64,000 nt of DNA from Mobula hypostoma (lineage: Eukaryota): NCBI RefSeq assembly GCF_963921235.1, contig NC_086108.1:27282001-27346000 (forward strand), given 5' to 3'. Position 1 is the stretch's first letter; the number at the start of each line of letters is the position of its first letter. The translations under genes and the position numbers were made by a program. The notes under the pieces were generated by a model. The model made no database searches. It was not told where the DNA came from and saw nothing but the letters and a program-made list of their open reading frames with translations. Shown piece after piece: positions 13,100 through 24,700 of this stretch.

Positions 13100-13878
13100 G
13101 TTTAAGACGGCACTGGTGAAGCACAGCGATGACTTGCTGGTAGCAAACTCAACGATTAACTACTTTATTACTCACACCTTTTCTGGTAAATAATCACTGC
13201 AAACTACGGCTCCTCTTTTGAAGTTGAGCTTTTGAATTGCGAGTACTAGCTGGCATTTTTGTGGTGTGAGCTGCAGTCTCGAAGGTGCAGGGTGGTGGCG
13301 GTGTGGTGTATATGGGCTGAATTGAGGTGATGGAGCCCAGGCCCAGGCCTGAGAGCAGGGGATGAGCCAGTGCTCGGCTGCTGCAGTGGAATTGGAGGTG
13401 ATTCGAAGTGGCAGTCCAAGGCAAAGCAGAGTCAAGGCAATGGGACCTGGGCCCGAGAGTAAAGAACAAATCGATGTTTGACCGATTTAAGCACTGGGCC
13501 AAATTGGAAAAGTCAGGGTGTCAGGGCCGGAGGCAAGAGACAGCTGGTGTTAATTTCTCTGCTCGGCAATGTTTACTCATATCTGAGCAGAACTGAGGTT
13601 GTGGACTGCAACTACCGGGCTTCTGGATCTTTCTAGATCAGCTGCGACTGGCTTCGTGGCTGTGAATTCCTTTTCGTAAGCTTCAGTTCTGAATGTTATT
13701 TGCTTACATTTATTGTTCGCAAAATTTGATTTTTTTCTGTACATTGGATATTTGATGGTCTTCTTTTCTAATGGGTTCTATTATTTTTTTGTTTTGTGAC
13801 TGCCTGTAAGGAGACAACTCTCAAGACTGTATATAGTACACATACCCTTTGATAATAAATGTACTTTGAACTTTGAAC
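13100..13878 (+). mobile_element. Non-coding LINE-tailed element
   Basis: Starts aagacggc; ends gataataaatgtactttgaactttgaac; no RT coding seen. Confidence 0.55.
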
Positions 13879-14134
13879 ATTCCTTCTTTATCTGTCCTTG
13901 ACAGCTAAAGACAGTTAACAAAAAAAGAACATACAATGATCAGATGCAGCTTTGAGATCAGCTCAAATAATTTGCCTGCTAAAATGATGGTCCTAGGCAT
14001 TTCACGTCTTCATAAATTGGTAATTAACACAGGCTAGGCCATCAGAATTCAGCCAACACTGATCACAATTCCAGGTAAACACTGCTCCTCACTTTAGAGG
14101 AGTGGTAATGAAATGATTGTACCATGCACAAGAC

Positions 14135-14795
14135 ATTTGTCACAGACTTTCACACATTTGTTCCATTTCTCTCACAGTAGGTTTTAAGCTGAACAGGCTT
14201 TTTAGGAGAATTATTACCAGGGGAAGCAGCAGATAGAGAGAGACATCCTTTCCTTTGATAACATTACCAGGAAAGAATAAACAATAGTGCTCTTCCTTTG
14301 GTTTGTTTGTAATCTTGGATCCTTTCAGGAGATAAAAGATTCCCTTTGTGAAAGTAGAATTTGAAATCTTCAATCCTGGTGCATGCAGAGTTTGTGTCAG
14401 GCGTTGTGAATCCAGGAACATCTCTAAACCCTTTACAGGTTCCATCTATGAACTGTGCTTCACATCTTCTGTTCAGGCTAACAAATTAACTCTGCAGAAA
14501 GACTTCATTCCTTAAAGGGAAGATCCTTTTGGTAATAACTGGCTGCTTTCTCAAAGAATGCCAGTGCTCCCCAATAAAAAAAAATCTATCTAAGGGTCAG
14601 AAAGATCATCTCTCATTTTAAAAGTGAATTACTTGGTTGAAAATCTAATTTTGAGTTCTGTCTTGTCTATTTGTTGAACTCTGGATAAATCACACCCAGA
14701 ATTTGGCTCTTTAACTGGAATCTCCTTTCATAAACCCACAACACTCTTTTTCAGGATGGTACTCTTGGCCAAAGGAATACATTCCTTTTAACCAC
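14135..14795 (-). pseudogene. Large exon: SEA-like domain and EGF start, unit 3
   Basis: ELKIRFSTK*FTFKMRDDLSDP*IDFF / WGALAFFEKAASYYQKDLPFKE (SEA DLsDPxS-like; frameshift in a T9 run)...KTYCERNGT; 3' end approximate. Confidence 0.5.
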
Positions 14796-15641
14796 CTTGA
14801 TTAAAATCATTACATTGATGGTAATATAAATTTAAAAAATGAAATATGAAATTATCGTTGCAATGAGATTCATGAAAACGGATTGCAGTTTAAAATAGAT
14901 CAAGTAGTCTTCCTTAAGACCAGAGTAAGGTTCTGAATGTTAGCAGTCTCAAAATTCCAATCACATTTATATTAAGATAAAACTTCAACAGCCAAGCACC
15001 AAATCTGTTTGTAACTTCCCAGTAATTAATATGATAAAGTGAGAAACCTCTTCCTTATGTGAATGATTGAGCTGTGACTGAATCCATGCTGCAAATTCTA
15101 CCATTTATCAACTTGTGGAAATGATGGCAAGAAAATCGTGCAGTTTATACATTTCATGACATCTATTTCCCCTAGCTTCATTATCGCCAAGTTATATAGC
15201 ACTCTTTGGCAGAAACAGCAAATGAGATGAGGGGAAGTATGTTCTTTGATCTCTGAAAATTATTAAGCAATGAAGCCCCAATGTTTGGGAACCACCTGCT
15301 TTGATATTCAGTTAACATTTACATGCTAGATCATAATTTTCAAAATCAGATCATTTCAGATGAATGAGGGCACAAAGAAGAATAACTTTTAATATCCTCA
15401 TTTCCTCAAATGAAAATCAAAAATCTGTAGCTGCTGGAAAACTGAAATAAGAATGGAAATGCTGGAAACACTCATCATGTGAGGCTCCATCTCCAGGAAG
15501 AAAGGTAGAATTAATGCATGAGTCAGATGAAGGGTATTCACATTGAAATATTAACTATGTTTCTCTTTCCACTCTGCCCAACAATATTGCAATATTTTTA
15601 ATTTTTATTCGTCATTCAAGCTTCAATGTTCAAGTGCTCAC

Positions 15642-15687
15642 TCTAGTATCGTCCAGACATGAGCTAGACAATCAGCAGTCAAAACGA
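15642..15687 (-). pseudogene. 46-nt exon completing a signal-peptide-like segment (FVLTADCLAHVWTIL)
   Basis: Strong acceptor ttcttttgcacttttttcag and donor gtgagc; phase 1 to phase 2 matches both neighbours. Confidence 0.55.
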
Positions 15688-16061
15688 CTGAAAAAAGTGC
15701 AAAAGAATCTACTTGAGGCTTGTGTGAAACTTTTTGCTTTTTCTCCACCTTCTCTCTATTTCCTACTGAAAGCATTAGATTTTTTTCTTGGCATTGAATT
15801 CAAAATGAGAGGAAGACTGAAGTATAGCTCAAACAATAAAATGTCAAAAGATGATAATCAGATCTTTAAAGTCAATGAAGCATTTTATTGCGAGTTTACT
15901 GTCAATCAAGGTTACAAAAAATAACGTCTTGTCAGCTCCAGCCTGAATGTCATTCAGGTCTTGCTAGGTACTGCACAGACATTTTGTGAACCACACAATT
16001 GGTGCTTGGCTTCCATAGTGGAATTGAAGGGCTAGTATTTGTACACTTATAGTACAGTTAC

Positions 16062-16196
16062 AGATGACTATCCATCATTCATTCCTGTCATGATTTCCCT
16101 CCTTCTCTTGCTCTCCATTTGCAGCAAAGCAGTATTTCCGCATAATAAAGAGATAATGTATAATGCAATGGATGGTGATGAAGCAAGAGTTCCTTT
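16062..16196 (-). pseudogene. Exon: TM segment, basic loop and start of a second hydrophobic segment
   Basis: cttacag|KGTLASSPSIALYIISLLCG / ILLCCKWRAR or ESKRRRE / WIVI|gtaact; needs frameshifts. Confidence 0.45.
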
Positions 16197-16596
16197 CTGT
16201 AAGCCCCAGGAATCAGGACCCCTGCCTCAGATTCACACTGTTGTACTTCACTAAACTACAGGTGACTAGGTGGTTTGCTTGCTGCAGGTGTGGAAGCTCT
16301 GACTAGAGGGAGGAGAGAGGAATCCACAAGATCATCACTGTCCCTCTGAAACAACCACAGGCCTCTGCGGCACATGGACAAGAGAGTCAAAAATGATTGT
16401 GTCGGAATCATGTGGATGTGTTTTGTATTAACCATTGTAGCTTTTTGCTGTTACAGTAATGGATTCCTATATGGATATGACTAGGAACAGGGTTTGTAAC
16501 AGACGACACAGGTACTAATGTGATCTGTGTACAGACAGTAAACTCATGCACCATGGGAAAATCCATTCTATACATGGGTTGCCTACTTCTCCTTAC

Positions 16597-17078
16597 CCAA
16601 GAAGAAGGAAATGAGCATCCATTTTGCTAGTGTACACAAGTTCCATAATCTCCTGAAAGCAGCGGAGGACACAAAGGAATTCGGAGACAGCTTGCACTTC
16701 TACATCATCGGCAGTTACCCAGGCTGTCCTTGGAGAATTACAGCCTCTGTACATAATGGTCCTCATTTGGATGTGTAGAAGGCCTGAGATCCATGGAGAT
16801 TCTTGGGAAGGCCCCTCCTGCCAAGTGCTATTCTTGCTTTCCTCCTTGTATGCATTCCACCAATATAATATGGTCTTGTTTGGCTTCTCCTCTTTCTTCC
16901 AATGTCCCAAAGGACTTGTCATCAAAGGTTCCATTCTACAGCAAGTATTGCCTTGTAGACACTAAACCCTTCACTTCTGTTGATGGTATCATTTTCTCAA
17001 ACACAAGAATCTCCTTCTCATCACCAATATACCTATCTCTCTCTTTCTGTTCCTGTGGTATTCAAAAGCTTCATTAAC
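16597..17078 (-). pseudogene. Exon(s): basic cleavage site, EHP-like segment and Cys-rich EGF-like remnant, unit 2
   Basis: tcacag|VNEAFEYHRNRKR / DRYIGDEKEILVFEKMI...SLGNCR*CRSASCLRIPLCPPLLSGDYGTCVH*...|gtaagg. Confidence 0.5.
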
Positions 17079-18054
17079 CTGTGATCTTTTGAATACCACA
17101 AGAATGGAAAGACAGAGTGTGTCAGGGTTGGGAGTTCCTTCCTGCTGCTAAGGTCAAGTTTTCAACACATAATTAGCATGCTGTATCAACAGGATATTAA
17201 CATGTTCTAGTTAAGCAAGGGTAGCTTCAAATTAGCATTGCAGTGGCTTACTAACTGTATTCTCTGCATGTTCCTGTTCCCATTCACAACACTCACGACA
17301 TTGCTTTGTTCAATATCCTGAGACAATGCTAAAAGTAATGTGTGTACAATTCCAAGCACACTACAAAATCTGGACAGCGGTTTCTAAATGAATCACCATG
17401 CAAAAGCACAAAAGGCATGAAGAGAGATGTTTAGGAGATCTACTTTTAGAATTTATTGTCAGGATATGGTATGAATTATCTGGTGCCAGAAGCCAAATAC
17501 ATTAGAGCTTTTCAAAAGGGAGTTTTTCAGAAATGGAAATAATTTAAGTTTCTTGGAGAAAGGAACTAAGTGACAAGATCTTTCAAAGAGATGACACAAA
17601 AGCAAAAGGCTGAAAAGACCTCCCACTCTGTGGGAATGTTCTTTGGTTGAAAGTGATTGTAGCAAATCCAGACTATTTCTATCATTCGTATCAATGCAGC
17701 ATAGTTGGTGTTTTTTTTATTATCTCAAACTTTTGAAGAATAGTAGTGACAGCCATTTATCAACATCCCACAAAGGCCTTGTTCGTAAGCTCTGAAGCTG
17801 TACAATGACTGTTACTGAGATATATATTGTGGAATATTTGTCAAAAGTACATGAAGACATTGAAACATACACTGACATATGTAGTTTGCAGCAAACTCCT
17901 TACAGACGGCAACTGGAATTGAACCGAGGTTGCTGGGACTGTAAAGCATTATGCTATCTACTATGCTACCGTGTTGCTCCAATTACCATGCAATAAAGAA
18001 TGTTCATAACTTGGTGGAATTATAATTAAATAGATATCAAGAATGAATGTTCAC

Positions 18055-18321
18055 TTTTTATGATCTAAAACTGTGATTGAACAGTGGAACACTTTCCATG
18101 AATTGTTCTGGTTCGTTGCCAACAATTCAAAAGCCAACTGTGGTGTTTGTCTATCACCAACGATATATGAATACACTGCAACAAAATTCCCATTGCTTTT
18201 AGACATGATACCAGAATATACTTGTTCACATAGAAGTCAAAACTGCGAGATTGAAGCAAAAGCCTTTTCTCTTCATTCAGCTATGAATAACCTCTTCAGA
18301 CTCATCAGGCTCTTTTGTCCC
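18055..18321 (-). pseudogene. Exon: ZP-C, unit 2
   Basis: One frame: GQKSLMSLKRLFIAE*REKAFASISQF*LLCEQ...VGDRQTPQLAFELLATNQNNSWKVFHCSITVLDHK; ZP-C HC motif; two stops. Confidence 0.65.
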
Positions 18322-18464
18322 CTATCAATAGTAACTTACGATTGAGAGCATTTTACTGTGCAATATGATCTGCATGGAGTGCATTCTGCTATCCTTCAGT
18401 CATTGAAAAAGGACCAGAGAAACAAGGTTGATAGTTAAATAAATAAATATGAGTTTATTTATTG

Positions 18465-19326
18465 TGTTACGTACCCCGTAACTGGGTTGCCAAACCAGCA
18501 GAAATGGATCACTCAGTTGGAGTCTGGATTACTAGATCTAAGAAAGTTTTATTAAAGAAACAAGCAACACAGTAATCGAAGGGATAATAAATGCAGCAGT
18601 TCAGCAATGATAAACACACGTGCACAGAATTAAGATAACAGGATCAATCAAGCTCTATCGTTGTCTAAGGGTAAATGACCAATTTCAAAGTGACACAAAG
18701 TCCAGTTCAATTTAGTTCAGTTCGCAGTAATCATTGCCATGGCGATGGACAACGTGGGGGGGGGAGAGAGAGAGAACGGGAGCGACTGATCATTCAGAGC
18801 GGCTTCCACTCACAGACTGGCGATATGGCTCATAAGCAGCTTTTGGGCGGGTCCTTTGTGATGTCACCAGGGGTCACCGACTGTGACCCCTCCTCCAGAT
18901 GCGGTCCATCCTCTGCAGTGAACCCGGCACCCAAGTGAGGATGGACACACACCGGGTTCCCGCTGATCGTACCTTTCCACCCTGTGCGTTTATGGCCCAG
19001 TACTTCCCACTGACTTGTGAGAGGCACACCGCTTCCAGGGTCTCGTTACCTCGGGTGTCGTGTGTGTCCTGCCTTAGCGAACCTGTCCCTTTTTATCCCC
19101 CTGCTGGGGTATTGCCTGTCCATCACTTCAAACAGTTCAGGGTTCAAAGGGGGAGCCGATCTTGACAATACCCAGACTGATGGCTCCTTCATTAACATCT
19201 CCAAATGCTGTTTCATTGTGTGCTTTATCTCTCCCTCCCCTGAGGGCAGGTGGCAGACCGACTGCTGATGCCACTGGTGCTATCCCAGGCCAGCAAACAT
19301 CTTAATTTATGTGTATTCTCGTCACA
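18465..19326 (-). mobile_element. Solo LTR
   Basis: TG...CA ends, 4-bp TSD ATTG; homologous to 45222 and 53224 copies. Confidence 0.92.
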
Positions 19327-19359
19327 ATTGACATGAAATACAGTATAAGAATGGTGTCA

Positions 19360-19985
19360 AAAGAGCTGTTGTGATGCATTTAGTGTGGTAGCGTAGTGAG
19401 TAGTGCTTGTCGCTCTTACTTTCAGCTTCCACCACTGGCTAGCAGTCTTCCGAAAAGGAGAGATGATTGTGTAAGTCTCTCCATCCCAGTACACAGCCTG
19501 TCCAACAGCAAGCCTCATGTAGTGTCTCCTTGCTGGCAACACACAGAAACTGAACTCCTTTTGGACTCAGGCTGAACTGCAGAGGGCAGGGAGGAGGTCT
19601 GGCCCCTGCACACGTAGCACGCAAGCCCACCAGTGTGTGGACGTGCCCTGGTGCTCATGAACCAGAACCCCAGCTATGGGTACATAGACCCACTGCCTTG
19701 TGGGCAGCCTTGGAAGAGCCGAAGGCCATGGGAATAAACCCAGACAGCAAATCTGGAGTGGAGCCCCTAAGGTGGCTGGATGTCATTGAACATCCTTCTG
19801 GCAGCTCTTGCAGCCAAGCTGGTGCCAAACGTATTGCTTCATAACTTTCCTTTGCATACACTGATGAGGCTGAGAGAGGGATCTTGACATCTGGTCATCT
19901 CAGGATCTCCATACGTTCCATCCAGGCTTGTGATAATGATCATCATCACCCCATTGTCCTTCGAGACAGACAGATGTCAACCAAC
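19360..19985 (+). mobile_element. RTE-like retroposon remnant
   Basis: Shares ggagtggagcccctaaggtgg...gcagccaagctg..gccaaa block with 34660-35070. Confidence 0.5.
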
Positions 19986-20589
19986 CAACAGTATAAGAAT
20001 GAATAAAATGTCATTCTTATTGGCAGTTATCAATTTCCAATCACTCCACATATCATGAAAACATTTTATTTCAGTTGGGTCTAATTTTCACATTACCACC
20101 ATGTCTGATGCAAAAGCAAGCCCATGATAAATCACCCTAACAAAGTTATAGTGTTTGGTACAGAAACATTCTCAGTCAGTCACGCATATTCTCATGTCAC
20201 AATTTCTACTGCAGGATGGTGAATCACGTTGCAGAGTTCTTAATCAACCAGCAGCAGCATGCTGGGCAGAATGGCCTCTTTCCTTATAAACATTTCTATG
20301 GTATTATGAAAAAAATGAATATCATACTGTATGTTTACATGTAGCTGTGGACAAATTTTAACCTCATCATACTTAACCCATATGTAAACTTGTGATATCA
20401 ACCTCTGCTCCAGAGTAGCTCAGTCTCAATAAAAGTGTTATTAACGAGGTTAATCATCATAAAAAGATATTTTGAATGCAAACAGTCTTAATGTATAAGT
20501 GCATGATTTACAGTGTGCTCTTTTTGCAAGTCATTACAAAAGATGACTAAATGCTATCACTTAACACTAGCAGAACTTAAATGTTAGTG

Positions 20590-21070
20590 AGATCACGTTT
20601 GGAGGAAACAATAAGGTATTGGTCTCCTTATTTTGAGGAATGATAATGGTTCATTGAAGTATTTTAGTGAAGGTTTCCTCTGGCAATACCTGGAATCAGT
20701 GGTTTGTCTTCTGAGGAAGCATTGGATAGACTGAGCTTGCATCCACTGAAATCTGGAAGAGTGAAAGGCGACTTGATTCAATCACATAAGATCCTGATAA
20801 GACTTTACGGGATGAATGTGGAAAGGATGTATCTTTTGTTGGAGAATCTAGAAATATGGGTCAATGACATGATTGAGCAGAACTAGCATGGATTTTTGAA
20901 GAGCTTATGCTAGAATTCTTCAAGGAGGTGACTATTGACTAGGTAAGGAAGAACCAGTTGCAATGAGGTACTTGGATTCTGAGGTGGCTATACTGTATTC
21001 AAGGTCACACGTTGGGGATTGGTCAAAGAGATCAGACCATAAGGAATCGGGGTAATACACAAGTATGGAT
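20590..21070 (+). mobile_element. Degraded CR1 RT fragments
   Basis: EEALDRLSLHPLKSGRVKGDLIQSHKIL and QHGF-like segments. Confidence 0.6.
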
Positions 21071-21775
21071 AGGAATCACTGTGTGTATCAGGGAAGGGTG
21101 GAGTTGCATGGACACTGTTTCAGGAGGCAGTCACTCCAATTGGATTAACTATTTCAAATTCGGTATGTAGTCAGGGACAAGAGAGTGTGAATGTGAGTGA
21201 GGTGAGAAGGAAGATCCAGTAGGTAGTGCTGGAAGAACCTTAGCCCTTGAACTTGTCCATCCAATCTAAGATTCTTGCTTCCTATGCGAATGGAAATGGG
21301 GGCTGTAGGAATGATGAACAACCGAAGGTGTGTTAATACAGACAATTCTCTGTTGCAACGATTAAGTCAAGTCAAGTCACTTTTTATTGTCATTTCGACC
21401 ATAACTGCTGGTACAGTACACAGTAAAAATGAGACAACATTTTTCAGGACCATGGTACTACATGAAAAATACAAAAACTACACTGAACTACGTAAAAAAA
21501 CAACTCAAAACTACACTAGACTACAGACCTACCCAGGACTGCATAAAGTGCACAAAACAGTGCAGGCATTACAATAAATAACAAACAAGACAATAGGCAC
21601 AGTAGAGGGCTGTAGGTTGGTGTCAGTCCAGGCTCTGGGTATTGAGGAGTCTGATGACTTGGGGGAAGAAACTGTTACATAGTCTGGTCGTGAGAGCCCA
21701 AATGCTTGAGTGCCTTTTGCCAGATGGCAGGAGGGAGAAGAGTTTGTATGAGGGGTGCGTGGGGTCCTTCATAAT

Positions 21776-24700
21776 TCACCATGTATATATGTTGTAACTC
21801 GGTTACCCGTCTGGACACACCCCTCTGCTGACTGCCCCTGTGGCTCCTCCCACAGAGTCCTGTATAAAGGTGTTTGCCTTGCCCCTCCCCCTCAGTCTGG
21901 GGGCAGACACTCACTGTGGAGGTCGTATTGTACAGCGAATAAAAGCCTATCAGTATTTTACCAAACCTCAGTCTTTTGGAGTAATTGAAGGTGCTTCAAT
22001 TTTATTCGCTGTACGTTTTAAAACATGGAACAGTCCCTGAGACCAGAAAAATTAGACCTCGATCCACAAATGCCTGAAGCTGGAAACGCTTTCGAACTCT
22101 GACTGGCCTGCTTTGAAGTGTATCTAGAGGAGATTAAAGTGACCGACCCCGTAGCGAAGCACAGAGTTCTACTCTCCAGGGTCAGTCCACGGGTCTATCC
22201 GCTGATCAGAGACCAGCCGAACTACGACGGCGCGATGAACGCACTCAAAAGACAATACCTGCGGCCGATAAACAGCGTCTATGCTTGGCATCGCTTAGCG
22301 ACACGGCAACAACGGTCCGGGGAATCAAGTGCTGAGTTTGTCCGGGCCCTAAAGACACTCGTGCGAGCCTGCAATTGCCAGGAGCTGACGGTGGCGCAGC
22401 ATGCAGAACTCCTAGTGAGAGACGCCTTCGTCACGGGGACCAGGTCAGTGTACGTGCGCCAGCGGCTGCTGGAAAAAGCCGATCTTACCCTAAGTTCGGC
22501 GATTGAGCTGGCTGATACGTTGGAGGCCGCTCTGCATAACTCCGAGGCTCTCCAGGCATGCGATCCCCCGATGGCCTCGTGGGCGCCGCAGACCCCGCAA
22601 CCCGCCGGCGAATCGACCTCGGCTGCAGCCAGTTGTGAGTCTGCGAAGTGCTACTTCTGTGGACTGGAGAAGCACGCCCGGAAACGCTGCGCGGCCCAAC
22701 AAGCTACCTGTTCCAGCTGCGGAAAGAAGGGCCACCGCCAAGGTCTGTAAGTCAAAACTGCGAGCGGGATCGAGCAGCGCCACGTGCGAGACGCGGGGGT
22801 TGCCAACTTCCCTGCACACTGCCACCATGTGCGAGACATGGGGGCCGCCATCTTCCCTGCACGCTGCCACCACGTGCGAGACATGGGGGCGGCCATCTTG
22901 GTCGGTGCCACCTCCCACTGCCTACGACCAACGGGTGCTCACGGGCCACCCCACCGTGCCGGACCAAGCCAGCGACCCCACCCTGGCTTCCATGACCCTC
23001 GACCAAAGCGCTCCCCATCAGCTCGCAAGGTCAATGATGGACATCCTGGTGAAGGGGCACAGGACAAGCTGCCTGTTTGACACAGGCAGCACGGAGAGTT
23101 TTATCCACCCGGACACGGTGCAGCATTGTGGACTCATGATACGGCCGGTAAGTCAGAGGGTCACCATGGCCTCCGGGTTGCATACAACAGACATCCGGTG
23201 GGGTTGTGTAGCGACGCTAGTGGTGCAGGGCACAGAATATCGGAACTTTAAGTTACTGGTCTTGCCTCAACTGTGTGCCCCTGTGCTGTTGGGGTTGGAC
23301 TTCCAGAGCCACCTGAAAAGTGTGACAATGAAGTATGATGGGCCCCTCCCACCAATTACTGTCATAATTCCCCTGTTTTGTAGAGATATGTCACGTACCC
23401 CGCTACTGACCACACACACACACCGACCCGCACATCCCACCCAACATCATGCCAACTGCCACACTACCAACACCACTTGCGGCCTCTCCACCCTCAGGAT
23501 CCCTCCCCCACCGCTGTTCGCCAACCTGACCCCCGACTGTAAACCTGTGGCAACTAAAAGCAGGAGGTACAGCGCGGGGGACAGAGCTTTCATTAAGTCG
23601 GAGGTGCAGCGGCTGCTCAGGGAGGGGGTCATTGAAGCAAGCACAAGTCCTTGGAGGGCGCAGGTGGTGGTTGTTCGGAACGGGGAGAAGAATAGGATGG
23701 TCGTGGACTGTAGCCAGACCATCAATAGGTTCACGCAGCTCGACGCGTACCCTCTACCCCGCATCGCGGATATGGTCAATCAGATAGCACAGTACAAGGT
23801 GTACTCGACCATAGACCTAAAATCCGCTTACCATCAGCTCCCCATCCACCGGGAGGACCGCCCTTACACTGCCTTCGAGGCGAACGGCAGGCTTTATCAA
23901 TTCCTGTGCGTCCCCTTTGGTGTCACGAATGGTGTATCTGTCTTCCAGAGGGCAATGGACCGGATGGTGGACCAGTGCCAACTGAAGGCCACGTTCCCAT
24001 ATCTGGATAACATCACCATCTGCGGTCACGACCAGGAGGATCACGACAACAACCTCCAAAAATTTCTCCAAGCGGCCAAATCTTTCAACCTCACCTATAA
24101 CAAGGACAAGTGTGTATTTGGGACCACCCGACTTGCTATCCTTGGGTGTGTCATGGAGAATGGAGTCATTGGCCCTGACCCCGACCGTATGTGCCTCCTG
24201 TTGGAACTCCTTCCCAACACACTCAGAGCCCTCAAAAGGTGCCTGGGCTTCTTTTCATATTACGCCCAATGGGTCTATAACTATGCAGACAAGGCCCGAC
24301 CCCTGGTCAAGTCCACCACATTCTCCCTCTCTGCCGAGGCCCACGCGGCCTTCAACCGCATAAAAGGGGACATTGCCAAAGCAGCAATGCATGCGGTGGA
24401 TGAGGCCATTCCCTTCCAAGTGGAGAGTGACGCCTCCGACTTTGCGCTGGCTGCTACCCTCAACCAGGCAGGAAGACCAGTGGCGTTCTACTCCCGTACC
24501 CTTCAAGGCCCTGAAATTCGGCACTCTGCGCTAGAGAAAGAGGCCCAGGCCATAGTGGAAGCTATAAGGCACTGGAGGCACTATCTTGCCGGCAAAAGGT
24601 TCACCCTGCTAACTGACCAGCGCTCAGTCGCATTCATGTTTAATAATCAGCAGCGGAGCAAAATCAAAAATGATAAAATTCTGAGGTGGAGAATCGAACT

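Noticed and set aside
15634..15924. Plus-strand 96-aa ORF and other short track ORFs
   Set aside because: No motifs or splice support; most are antisense to TEs or to the minus-strand exons.
22490..24524. Overlapping and antisense ORFs within the Gypsy element
   Set aside because: Expected by-products of GC-rich coding sequence and the 45-bp repeat; no independent motifs.
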